The notes beneath the pieces are model-generated. The model was given only the letters and a program-made list of their open reading frames with translations, was not told the DNA's origin and searched no databases. A stretch of DNA of 63,212 nucleotides, counting the filler. It is 12 parts of 12 records of this genome, joined end to end, with 100 filler letters (N's around TTAATTAATTAA, not from the genome) between each part and the next. Parts side by side here need not be neighbours in the genome. Positions count along the whole stretch, not along the records: positions 33,210 to 38,161 come from SRR9670534_1254; positions 38,262 to 40,577 come from SRR9670534_1257; positions 40,678 to 44,926 come from SRR9670534_1267; positions 45,027 to 51,120 come from SRR9670534_1273; 8 more parts are not named here. One strand, given 5' to 3'. The stretch's first letter is position 1, and every line of letters starts with the position of its first letter. Positions 33,210 to 45,545 of the stretch are shown here, in pieces. The position numbers and the translations under genes were made by a program.

Positions 33210-36200
33210 GTCGGCAGGTAGACAGCAGAAAGCAACTCCCTGTTATCTCCCTGTTGTCATAATTGCAACATGACTTATTCTATCAAAAGCCTTTGCGTAG
33301 TCCATGTAGACAACAAAGACATATTTGTTGTCTCTATTGTCCACTCTATGCAAAAGGTCATGACAGAAGTCATATAATGCAATTGTGGTTGAAGATTCCT
33401 CTCTAAAAGTAATTGAGTAATTTTTCTGCAGGAATGGTCATTTCAATTTCGTGTAGGAAAACTTTCTCTACTATTTTACTAAGTATGGATAGAAGAGTAA
33501 TCGGTCTGTACTCTTCCACCTTACGTTAGAAGCCGTTTTTGGGTATGGGATGTATTATCCCAATCTTCCATATGGGGGGAAATTTGTTTGAACAGAGTAT
33601 GTTTTTGCACAAAGTTTGGATGGGTAGTGCAAGCTTGTATTTAAGTACTTTGAGCAGCCTACCCGATATATTATCTATACCTGGAGCACCATTCTTCTGC
33701 TTTGTTATGAAAGATATTATTCTTGCTTGATGTGTAAAAGGAGTGTGATCCTTTACATGTTCGTATTTGGAATATACCATTCTAACAAATTCTGGAGTAA
33801 TATCTTCCTCCTTGTAGACGTCATGGAATTGTGAACTTAACCCTTTCGCCTTTTGCTTGTCTGTGGTTAGATGTTCACCATTGTACAGCATAACAGGTGG
33901 TAACTTTGTGCTTTTCTGGCTGTTTAAAAACTTGTATATTGATCTCAAATCTTTGCCTGCCATCGATAGACGTTTATTAGCTTTATATAAATCATTTTGA
34001 AGGCTGGCCAATAAGCGCTCCTGCAATTGAACAACATTTGTTTTGTTATGTTTTAAACTGTTAGACAATTTTATTATTAAATTAGCCGATCCTGGTGATA
34101 CCCAATTTGAATATTCCCTCCTTTTTCTAGTCTTTGGTCTTTTCAAGTTTTTTAAACCAACCACCAATTCCTTTGAAAAATTTAGAACATCAAGTTTCAC
34201 ATCTTCAGAGTTGCATTCCAGAAAATTTACACTTTCAAACGCTTTCAGTATGTCAGCATCTTCAAAGTAATTCAAGTTGTATTCCCCTATTTTTCGAAAC
34301 AATTTTAAGTATTGCATATAATATGGTATACTACGTTTTAAAAACTCCTGCTGTTCAAGCCCAGCTTTTTCGTCAGCAGTCATATTTATCACTGGCTGAT
34401 TTACTTGAAAATTAGATTCATGCGTATATACTGGGTGATCAGACAGTAGTTTGTCCTCAGAAAGACTATAATAGAATTTCTCAGCTTCAACAGCATGTGT
34501 ACATTTTGTACTTGAAGTTTAAAAGTTTTGCATAATACACATTTTTTGCTCATCGAAATCTATTAATAGATTTTCAAAATCGCCAATGTCTAGGCATTCA
34601 TCTAACAATGCTTCTTCTTCTTCAACATTTATAATTCTCGTTTTCTTATTTTTTTCGTTTTACCTCAATGCATTTTGCATTGCTCCTATTTATATCCCCC
34701 ATTAAAATTAAATTGTTGTAGCTCTGCTGTTTTAAGGTGGTAAGTAAAATTCCTAAGTCTTTCTAAGGAAACCTATAATCGCTTCCATAAGGTGCATTAT
34801 AGGCTAAAATAATTATGTAATTTATACCTCCAATGTCCAGTTTGACCACTAGTATGTTTTGTCTAGCATTTTCGCTCAGAGATTTCGGTAGTTCAAGTGG
34901 TTCTGCTTTTAAATTTTCATCAACTAACAATGCCAAACCACCATGTTTAGATACCCCATTTTGCTGATAAGGTCGACCATTTGATATAATATTATAGTTC
35001 ATTATAGTCAGTTGGCTAAAATCTTCGTTGCTAAACCAAGTTTCTATCAGGGCATAAATGCTATGGCATGTGCTTAGGATTAGCATTTCCAAGGCTTGTC
35101 TTCGTGAGAGTAATAATAAGCTTCTGCAGTTGAGCAGCAATGTACATAACATTACCTTCTTTTTATTTACATTTACATTCATGGGTGAAATTTGGGTTTT
35201 TCTCTTATTTCTACATGTACAAGGAGAGTTTTTTGTGCTACCATATAGTCAGAAATGCCTGCCATGGCCAGCACCTCTGGAATTTCCATAACCTCTTTCA
35301 CGGTTCCAACCACCATCTCTATCGCGATTAAAGCCACCTCTGTAGAAACCTCTATTTCCACCTCTTCCTCTATATCCTCTGGAATAACCTCTGCTGCCAG
35401 CATTGAAGTCTCTGTTGAATCTTTGCCTAGGCTGCTCTCTGTCATCTCGGTATTGGTTTCTGTCATTGCGATTTCCATCACCATATCTCACATTTTCTTC
35501 ATCCCTTCCATATGCACCACCAGGCATTTGGTATTGTTCTCTCATATTATCAATGGTATTTTTCTGCACTGATCTTTGATGTCCATGTTTTAGATTCTGC
35601 ATTTCAGTTAATACAGATGGCGTTGGAGCTTTTTTGTTTCTATCCTTCTGCTCTCTGTAAGCGTTGACTAAATCTCTAAACATCAATTCAGTATCATCAT
35701 CAAATCTGGTAGACAAAGAAGAGCTACGGCTAGAAGCTTCATTGTTATGTTTTCCCTCATTCTTTCCAGGTTTACTAACTAGCACTTCATCATCCCACTG
35801 TTCCCAAGGCCTGCTAGTTTTGTCCTCTTTTGATAATCGCCTGTGATTATTGCCGTAATCTTTACTGTGCTCTTTTGAATCTCTATCTCGCTTGCTTTCT
35901 CTTTGCGTTCGATTATTATTATGATGGTCGCCATCTTTTCTGCTATATCTTCTTGGCGACGCACAATGCTTCTTACTAGATGTCTCCCTGTCTTTATGAT
36001 CCATACTCCTTCTTCTTTTTGATCCTTCAGCCGCAACTTTTATGTTTTTGATGTTCAGTTTCACTGTTTCTGTAGGTCTCTTTCATTGTTTTCTGGAAAT
36101 CTGCATGTTACAATCTTCAGTATCACTGCCAAGCTCGCTGATGGTCTCAAAAGAGGCATTAGGATCGTTGAATAAATCATTCAAACTGAGGTTTGTATCA

Positions 36201-37102
36201 CTTTTCTGCAACTCACTTTTGTCCACCTGTGAATGTGTCTCCTTCTTTTTTCCCCCTTCCAGCATTGTACTTTGCAACATTTGCTTCTCCATTTCTACTT
36301 CCTCCTTCTCCACCTGTTCTTTAATAAACTGAGAAGCAGTTGTTGTAGCCATTTGAGATCCATTTGATGATGAAAAGGATTGAGATTCTAATGCAAATGT
36401 GGTCATCCTGGCTTGTTTAGGTACTGCACCAGTAAACATATATGCAAACTGTTTGCCATTGCTTGTAAGTAGACTGTTTACTACTTTAGCTTCAGCTACA
36501 TTCACACTATCAGGGAGAGTTCCTTGCCTTCGTCCATGCTGAGCCATCATTCTTTTAATTGGTGGTACATATTTTTCGATGTAAACGCCAGATACATGAT
36601 TTAATTTGTCTGGAGTAAGCAATGTTTCCATTAGTAGTGGGTCCTTGATTTGAAAATGCACATGCCTGAATGCTTTTTGCTGGGCAGATGGTTTACCTTT
36701 TCTTCTTGCAAAATGCAGTTGTGATTGCCAATTCGTAATACCTGTAAATTTACGAAGATAGAAGCTGACTTTTGCTCTAAGTTTCTTCTTCGGTTCTTTG
36801 AAATCCACCTCTTCTAGAATTCCTCGCATGAAAAGTTCGTCAAGGTACACTCTATCTTCCATGTCAGCCATTGAACAAGTTTGGGCTCCTTGTATAGCAT
36901 TGAAATGTTGTTCATTTTCAGCTATCTTCATGGCAGTTGCTGTGATATTTTCACTATTTGCTTCAACCTGTGTGCGTAAGGCTTCTGTCTTCTCAAGAAT
37001 GGGCTATGTAATCGCCTTCATTTGGTCCAGGCTTTCCTTGACTCCATCTTGCATTAAACTTTCAATTTTATCCCAAGTAGCATCCGTAATATTTTCAGCC
37101 AT
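33210..37102 (-). mobile_element. Second, decayed non-LTR retrotransposon (ORF1 + APE + partial RT), truncated by the contig end
   Basis: APE: LNCRSL, LIETW, HGGLAL, LMGD, SDH. RT: APGIDNI, WKIGIIHPIPK, YRPITLL, DYAKAFDRI. Several stops and frameshifts between 34763 and 33210. Confidence 0.9.
35249..37102 (-). pseudogene. ORF1 of the second LINE: coiled coil, L1-ORF1/RRM-like domain, Ser-rich linker and RGG-rich tail; premature stops at 37006 (TAG) and 36085 (TGA)
   Basis: ATG 37102 (MAENITD) and ORFs 36083-36931 and 35249-36064 share one frame; MEDR..DELFMRGI.E and ARRKGK..RHVHFQI resemble the ORF1 RNA-binding domain. Confidence 0.7.
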
Positions 37103-37486
37103 ATGTACAATACCTTTATCTTCGTAGAAAGGTTTTGCAATAAAAATTGAAACACCTATAAAATACACTGCATTACTTTCAGTCGAAAGTTTTTCTTATC
37201 TGCTATATGCATATTCCTAGGCTTAAAAACTTAATTAAAATTTAAAATTCTAGCTTTTAAATAGGAATTTTCAGAGGGGTTTCCTTTCATATGGTTCATG
37301 GACTTTTGTTCGTAGATAGGCATTCATCCTCAAGATTATTCCAACTGTTTCATGTGGTTTAAGAAATCTTCCTAATATGTAATATCTCTGCACATCCAAA
37401 TACATATTGCGGAAGGAGTACAGAGTACAGAGCAACCGACATAGGAGCTGCTGTATACCATCAATATCTTGCGTAGCCAAAAACGA

Positions 37487-37573
37487 AAAACTGCTTGGGC
37501 AGTTAGGAAAAACTACTTATGTAGTTGAGCAAAAAACTGCTATAGCATGTGAAAAACTGCTTGCACAGTTGAG
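37487..37573. repeat. Four imperfect ~21-bp tandem repeats (AAAACTGCTT..GCAGTTGAG-like) upstream of the second LINE's ORF1
   Basis: Direct sequence. Confidence 0.6.
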
Positions 37574-38355
37574 ATGTACATACAGTAGTACTCTATATAC
37601 ATACTAGCATATACATTCAATACATATATCGTTTACTGCTAAGGTGTTAAGCGGTGAGTAGAAGTTTCTTCAATAAGATGTCTATACTAATATAACATTA
37701 TTGTATTGCATGTCAACTCTACCCAGGCAAGAACCATTTTAGTGGGATCACTTAGCATTACTAGAATACCTAACAGCAAGACTTATTACAATAATGTAAA
37801 ATACTTAAGACTCACATACCTAAAAACAGTTTCTCCCAGCCCAGTAAAAAAGGGCAGGGAGCTACCAATAGGCATAGTGAGTCATGGGCAAGTTTGACAT
37901 TTATGTACGTACCGTATCTACTATACATAACAGTAAAATAAGAAAATACACTATAATTTGAGATCAGAGCTTCGTATAACTAAAACATAGTATTATTTTA
38001 AATAGCATCGACCTAATTTTAAACATAGACTGTATCTTATCTGGAATGTACATAGCACCATAAGCACAAATAAATGTAACGAGTATTAGGTAAGCTGTCT
38101 GGGATAAACTATACATATTAAGAGCTACAAAGGGATACCCTCCCTAGGGGATCACTAGGGANNNNNNNNNNNNNNNNNNNNNNNNNNNNNNNNNNNNNNN
38201 NNNNNTTAATTAATTAANNNNNNNNNNNNNNNNNNNNNNNNNNNNNNNNNNNNNNNNNNNNATTTTTCAAAATTATTAAAATTTTAAATTTCTCAAAATT
38301 ATTAAAACTTTGAATTTTTCAAAATTATAACAAAATAGGGATAACAATAAAAAAA

Positions 38356-39529
38356 TCAATTTACATCATGGTTGACCATTGGATTAGTCAAGGCAAACTT
38401 TGGCTTCAAATTGGTCATTTCATTTGTCTTGCGGTTCAAGGCTTTATCCAAGGTGATTTCAAGGTGAGTTTCATCTCCAACGCAGGAACCTTCAACCGTA
38501 CCATCTTTGATAATATCCTTAAAGTCTGCCAAGACCTCTCTCTTCTCACTTGGATTCTCTTCATCGCTGGCATTTGCCAAGACCTCAACAAAGACAAATT
38601 CGTTCCAATCTCTTCTAAACTCATAAGCTGGTCTTCGAGACTGCCAGTTTTCACATTCCACAAAAAGCGTTACCCTTATATGGAAAAGGGGTGCATCGTT
38701 ATCCTAAAAGAAAAAAATTTAAACCTTTTTTAAATTTTAAACTAATTTAAAAAAAACAAATTAAAATTAAAATTTGTGAATTAAGTATGGATATGAAAAT
38801 AATTTAATAAATTTTATAAACTATTAAGAAAATAACAATAAAGTAAAATTAAAAAAGTAATTTAAATTTAAATTAAATTATTTAAAAAATTTAATTTAAA
38901 TTTAAAAGCAAATTAAATTTAGATTAAATTATTAAAAAATTTAATTTAAATTTAAAAAAAAGGAAATTAAATTTAAATAAAAATAATAAAATTTAAAAAA
39001 AGCAAATTAAATTTAAATTAAATTATTTAAATTAATGTTCTTTGAAATTATTTACACAAACCAAAGACATTCTTCTCAGATAGCTATGAGTAAAGATATC
39101 TCTCAAGCAAATAGTCAACGACTGACCGGTAATTCTACCCTCACTCTCGCAGTAACAAGGTTGAAAAGGACTTGGGTTGGGCGAGATCAAATCTTTCCAA
39201 ATGACACTAAATGGTCCACCATCTTTTGCCATATCCAACAATAATCTTTCATTGAAGCAAATTCTTGGTGATGGCACAGCCTGTCTTTGAAAGCCAGATC
39301 TTAGATCGATGGTGACTGTAGCATGCCCATCTTCACTTCTAGAAATGTTTACGCATCTATCAAATGCAGCTGGAACTTCTGATTCGTCGGTGTCATCAGA
39401 ATTGGATGTAGCCGCCAGCATGAAATACGAATGGGCCAGTGTCTCAGATTGTGTTCCGCTCAACTCATTCTTAGCATTATTGCTGACATTTTGCGCACGA
39501 ATGTCTTTGCTTTTATGAACTTCTGCCAT
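38356..39529 (-). CDS. Unknown ~270-aa protein, 2 exons (39529-39062, 38703-38356)
   Basis: Two coding-like blocks joined in frame by a GT-AG phase-0 intron (RRMSL|DNDAPLF); the intron is almost pure A/T. Confidence 0.65.
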
Positions 39530-39747
39530 TTTAACAATTTTTCAATAATTTGATATATTTAAAAAAGAAAACACAGCGTATTTTAATATCATGTGTAGCA
39601 AAAACGCTTTGCATTTAATTTTGCAAATTGTGCAAAATGTGCAGTAAAAAACGCTTCATTTTGTTGAGTTATTATTAATTAATTTATTCTTTTAACTAAT
39701 GTTGCAAGAGGAGTTAATCAGGTCATTAAACTCCAGTATATGATAGA

Positions 39748-39967
39748 AGCATATAACTGGCAGCAGTGCTGGCGGTATGATGGCGACATCTAACTGCTGG
39801 TGGTACCATAGCTGCATCTAACTCCTCGCAGTATGATAATGGTACCTAATTCCTGGTGGCATGATAGCCGCAGCTAACCACTTGTGGCATGATAGTGGCA
39901 TCTAACTGCTGGCAGTATGATAGCGGCATCTAACTGCTGGTGGTATGATAGCGGTAATAAAATGCTG
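39748..39967. repeat. ~27-bp minisatellite (GCATCTAACTGCTGGTGGTATGATAGCG-like)
   Basis: About 8 imperfect tandem units visible. Confidence 0.8.
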
Positions 39968-40677
39968 GTAGTAGATGTGGTTGCTATATATAGTATGTAC
40001 GTGCATCCCCTATAGCAATCGGCAACACCAAGCACCAATTTTACAGCTTTTTCCATTCAAGATCTGCACAAACATGCATGTAAAACAGTATTAAAAGCAG
40101 GAAATATATTTCCAGCAGCAAATTGCTATAAACTTTTTCATTGGTGATCTTAGGAATCTTTGGAATATGGAAGTTGCAAATGCATAGGCAATATTCAAAT
40201 GTCAACAAAATGAAAAGCAGTTATTTAACACAAACTGGTGTTCCATAACAAATTTCCATAGGTTGATATTACTTACATAATAAAGGGGTAGAGTTACTAC
40301 TAGTCACGATGTCAAAGTGACATTGTGTGAGTTAACTAGCCATATGCTTGAAAAAGTGGTAGCATGAGTAACTCATGATGAGTCTAGTGGTATAAGAAAT
40401 GAAAGTCATGCAATTATTACTCATCTCATAGGCCCTCAATTAAGATGCATTAGAATATATTATTAGTTACTACATAATAGGCATGCAGCTAAAGTACCTG
40501 AGGTTATCCATTTAGTATACTCTATAGAGTATATTTTACCTTTGAGAAAATGTACAGTGAGACACATAAGTTGTGTCNNNNNNNNNNNNNNNNNNNNNNN
40601 NNNNNNNNNNNNNNNNNNNNNTTAATTAATTAANNNNNNNNNNNNNNNNNNNNNNNNNNNNNNNNNNNNNNNNNNNN

Positions 40678-41009
40678 ACTGTGGGAGCTCCCGAATCTGC
40701 ACTTGAATAAGAATTCTTCTTGATAATTAATGGGTATAAATTAATATACTAATAATGTTTACAAAAGTATAACAACTTTTTTAAATTTTAGCGGTAGTAC
40801 TATTTGGCTTGGACTGAAAGATTTCAATGGTGATAACACTTACCAATTACTAGATGGTACTGCCTTGACTTACACAAATTGGGCTGATGGTCAACCATCA
40901 TCAACGGGTGAACGCTGTGTCTACATGAGTGGTGGAACTGGAAAGTGGAACGATCAAAGTTGCACACCACATGCAAAAACTGCTGTATGCAAGAAAAATG
41001 CTGTCGTAA
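40678..41009 (+). CDS. C-type lectin domain, last exons (..40733, 40792-41009); in-frame TAA at 40708 suggests a pseudogene
   Basis: IWLGL, DGTALTYTNWADGQPS, ERCV, KWNDQSC, VCKK. Confidence 0.85.
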
Positions 41010-41508
41010 AGCGTTGCGTTCCCTAATCGTCATTCTTTTTGCAAATTTGAGGGCACAAAAGTTGGTCTTTTGTTAACATATCTTCACTTTCTTTACAAGA
41101 ATTGCAGTGCGGCTTAGTTAAATTCATTTGCGGTGTAAGTATTATTAATAATAACGACACACAATGTGTATTACACATAGAAGGACATAAATTAGTCCTA
41201 ATTTTTTGTACAAATTTGCATTTCTATATAATATGACTATATTAATGTAATATAGATCATATTATTAATAATAAAGAAAACTAATAGATGATCTATTACG
41301 ACATTTCAGTTTACATAAGCACCAGTCTCTTGGGTGTAAGACATTATTATTATTAATATGGGGAGTACTCATTTCACGTTGAATTTGTACATGGAGTACT
41401 TTATTTACTAATGTTACACTACCACGTCTGCTACGCGTGTATTGTGGTTTCTACTGCTTATTACATATCACATATATATTGACAACGACCGTAATACAAC
41501 AACTTACG

Positions 41509-44064
41509 TTCCGTCTTGAAAATAACTCTAATATCTGGCAAGGAATCAGCGTCAAGATCGAATCGATCAAAGTATATGTACCACCATTGCTTATCATCAG
41601 GGAAATCAGGATGACATACGGGGGTTAGAGTTTCTGTCTGTTCACAAAACGACTCAATAGAAATTGTGTCCCAACTAGAGTGGTAGAAGTATAAGCCTCC
41701 AGTTCTACAATCATCGCCTAAAACAAATATTTCATCATATATGCAATAATAATGTATAATATTCTGATGCATTACGTACATATTATTGCGCTATCTATTA
41801 CGTAATAGTTAATGCAATAGTATATGTATTACTGTATGTATTACACAATACGTATTACGTAATATTCGGTATTATTTATATATCATGTATTACGTAATAA
41901 AATGCTTTATTTAATACTGTATGCATTACGCAATAATATATGTTACTTTTATAAGTGTCATGTATGTACATATAATATTATGTATGTACATATTATTAAT
42001 ATGTAAGATGCATAATTATAATTATAAGTATTACGTATACTAATAGGTATGTCATACTTATATCCGTGCTTAAAACAGAAATGTCTACAACAGCAGCATC
42101 AAATGCAACAATGTCAACGTAGCAAGAGATGAATGATCTCTTAACGATAGATTCAAAATCTGGATCAACAAATTCTCTGAAGTCAAATACATATTGACCA
42201 GAGCCATAAATCTTAACCAATGCATAGCAATCGTAATTCAAAAATCCGTAGTCAACGTAAAGAGTTTGTGCCTTGTCAATCGCTAAAATGGGGACATCGA
42301 TTAATATAGGTATTACGTAATGCTCACCGATCAAGCAAAAATTAATTGATTAGTAATCAAAGTTAATAAGCAATACCTACAAAAATTAACGAACATACTT
42401 GCATTAATATTGGGAATAACGACATCACTATAATAACCAGGACAGCTGGCTCCTGTAAACTCGGTGGCATTAATAACTTCCCAGTTTCCCCACCACCACC
42501 ACCAGTAACTCCAGTAGCTTGAGTAATAAGATGAATAATAGTATGAATAGTATGAGGAATAGTAATATGAATAATAACTTGAATAATAGTATTGACGCTT
42601 AAATCTTTCCACCTGTTTACTTTGCATTTCTAAAAAACAATAAAATAGCGTTTATAATACATTAAGTACCTACTAATGCACGTAAAGTATAGTATACTAA
42701 CGTACGTGTAGTAGATGTACATGTTACAGTACCTGTCACATGATTTGTACGCAGCACTTAAGAAGTACATTGTCGTACCATATATCTAGTATGTATCGTA
42801 CATAAGCATACGTATACTATAGTATCTACGTATTACGTAAACGTCATACATAACATATTACATACGCACATGCCACGATACAGAATATGCATTAGATATA
42901 TTAATAATAATAATACTTGGAGTAGTATTTCTTGCGCATAACAATATATGAGCGACAACTGTTAGATGTTTACCTAAATTTCTTGATGAGTTTTCGGATT
43001 TATTACCAGGAGTTATGTCATTATTCATGAGCTTAATGAGAGGGTATCGCTGATTAGAAATCTGCCTTGCGGGGTTCTTGGTTTTGCCACTGTATCGATC
43101 ATGACTAATTGATCTTTTCTTCCTTGTTGTGTTTGCAAGTGCTTCATCAAAGAGAGAATATCTTAGGTCAGCAGTTAAAATCTCCAAACTCTCTAAAGTT
43201 CATAAAGTACACGAACAAAAGCAAAATGAATGCGTGCTTACCTTCAACTTCACTAGCATAGGAATCATTCCCTGTAAAAACGCTACTAACCATTTCTTCA
43301 ATGTCAAGTAATCTTTGTGTTAACGAGTAAACATTGTTTTCGCTCAAAGTTCGAATTCTAAACGAAAATGAAGTAAAACGCTGAAAATTGATCAATATAA
43401 TTCACCTAAATTTATTAGCGTTACAAATGGTAACAGCTGGAAATATCATTTCAGCAACATCTCTCAAAATGGACACTGAGCTGGTCAATTCATATCCAAT
43501 ATAGGCTTGCGTTCTCAGCACGAAAAAGTAACCAAAAAGTAGAAACGTTCCAACAACCATTACACCCCAAAATATGCTAAACATTTAAAGCGTTTTAGCT
43601 TAATATTATTTCAATACTTTAAATAAATTACAATGTGTGATCAATATTTACAAATGTTAGCGTTTTTCGCATTAAAAATAGCGTTTTCTCGTCGTAAAAA
43701 CGATTTCACTTTCAAACATTTAAACATTTAAAAGTAGCGTTTTTTACCTTCTAACTATTTCCAACCTTCTGTCACCCTTACTCAATGGAACATCTGGTGA
43801 TGAACCAACAACATATTTAAAAGCACTCATTTCACATTCTCTACCATAATCTCCAGCTAGTCTGTACCATGAAGTTCTATTGGCAGTTTCTTTCTCGCCG
43901 ACCTCTGAATCAGCAAGTATACTTTTAACATCGTGAAACGCGGTTTTGGGCCTTCCAAACGCTGCCGCCCTTGATGCTCTTCGACCGGCTCTGGTGCTGA
44001 ATGTGTCACTGTCTGCTTCACTAGGCCAAGCAGTATCTTGTCTTGAAGGTACCACTCTTGCCAT
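41509..44064 (-). CDS. DEG/ENaC-family channel, 5' part (cytoplasmic N-terminus, TM1, post-TM1 motif) followed by furin-type sites, a Tyr/Ser/Trp tract and CUB-like exons; 3' part not in the contig
   Basis: TM1 IFWGVMVVGTFLLFGYFFV followed by FPAVTICNANKFR; successive exons on the minus strand. Confidence 0.75.
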
Positions 44065-45545
44065 GATTTCAAAATTATTGACAAAAGTATCAAACGAAAA
44101 TGTTTTCTTATCATCTTGAAGTTTTCATATATATGAACAGCTATGTGCGCAAATATTTAATAATTAAACAAGTAGATATCAACAACACCATATCATCAAC
44201 TTTGGAGCAACATGCCATGAAAGTTATTAATATTTACAGGATTTATTGGAAGGTATACCTTAATAATTAATCATAATTAATTATTAATGTTACTTTATGA
44301 ACATAACGGTTTGTCAGAAGATTTATTATTATGGTTACATGATGAAAGTTTAGCTGAGAATAGCGGCACCTTTGGTGTAAGATGTATGAGTCATATCAGA
44401 TATGTTGTCACGAAGATTTACAAAATCAATACTAAATACCATGTATTCATACCATAGTGCAAATGTATTCTACAGAATGATCACCATTGTATATAGCACA
44501 TATCACATATTATATGTATAGTATATTATATTATTTTATAGTCTATTATAGCATAGTATATTATACTGCAATGAATGGTATAGAGAGTGTATAATGCATA
44601 TTGTAATGTCCTAAATATAGCGTGCACATGGTAGTACCGTAAGCAGTAATACAGTACGTAGTACATAGCAAGTACGTCATGATCAATGATCATTGACTGG
44701 ACTATGTATTGCGTGTAACATTATTACAGAGTATATTAAGATACCGTATTATACTATCGTGTATAGATTAAGCACTATCTATACGTAGCGAAATCGGCTA
44801 CATACCTTATTATACGCACATAATGCACAGCATCATTATCATTATAATGCAGAGATTAGGTATATGTAGCAAAAATCGCGTTTCACGTACGTGCATCAGG
44901 GTTCATACAGGATTTTAACATTTGCANNNNNNNNNNNNNNNNNNNNNNNNNNNNNNNNNNNNNNNNNNNNTTAATTAATTAANNNNNNNNNNNNNNNNNN
45001 NNNNNNNNNNNNNNNNNNNNNNNNNNGGTCACCGAGGAACTTATCAAAATTGCTACCAATTCAAATAAGTTATTTGAACAAACTGATTGCTGTGTTCAGT
45101 ACAATGAACTGCCAGAAAAAGATGCGAGCTGGTAAATTATTACAAATACTGATAAAAATTTATTACTGAAGTACTACGCATATACAGTATGCTTACATTC
45201 AAAAAGATCTAAAAACAACTATGACAACATCTGTCGGATGTCATCCGTAGAAGTGTCTATCTAATAATAAATGATCAATAATGGAATGGAACAATTGAAT
45301 AAAAGTCACTACCAAAATGAAAAAATTTAATCTTAATAACAATAAAGAATATAAAGGATACATAAAATGAAATAAACTGGTTGTGATAAAATGGAATGTT
45401 TGTGATTATAACCAAATGAGAAATGAATTTGCAATACAAGTATCTTGTCAGATCTAGAGAGATTTGTACTATTTACTGCTATTTTATACTTGATAAGAGA
45501 ATTAATAACATCAAAAAAGCTGTAATATAAGCTCTTAAAAAAGCT

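Noticed and set aside
37103-37480. Extension of the continuous-frame architecture upstream of the second LINE's ORF1
   Set aside because: ORF 37271-37480 is in the same frame, but several stops lie between 37195 and 37273
39748-39967. CRISPR-like array
   Set aside because: Contiguous degenerate tandem units with no unique spacers, eukaryotic context, no cas genes
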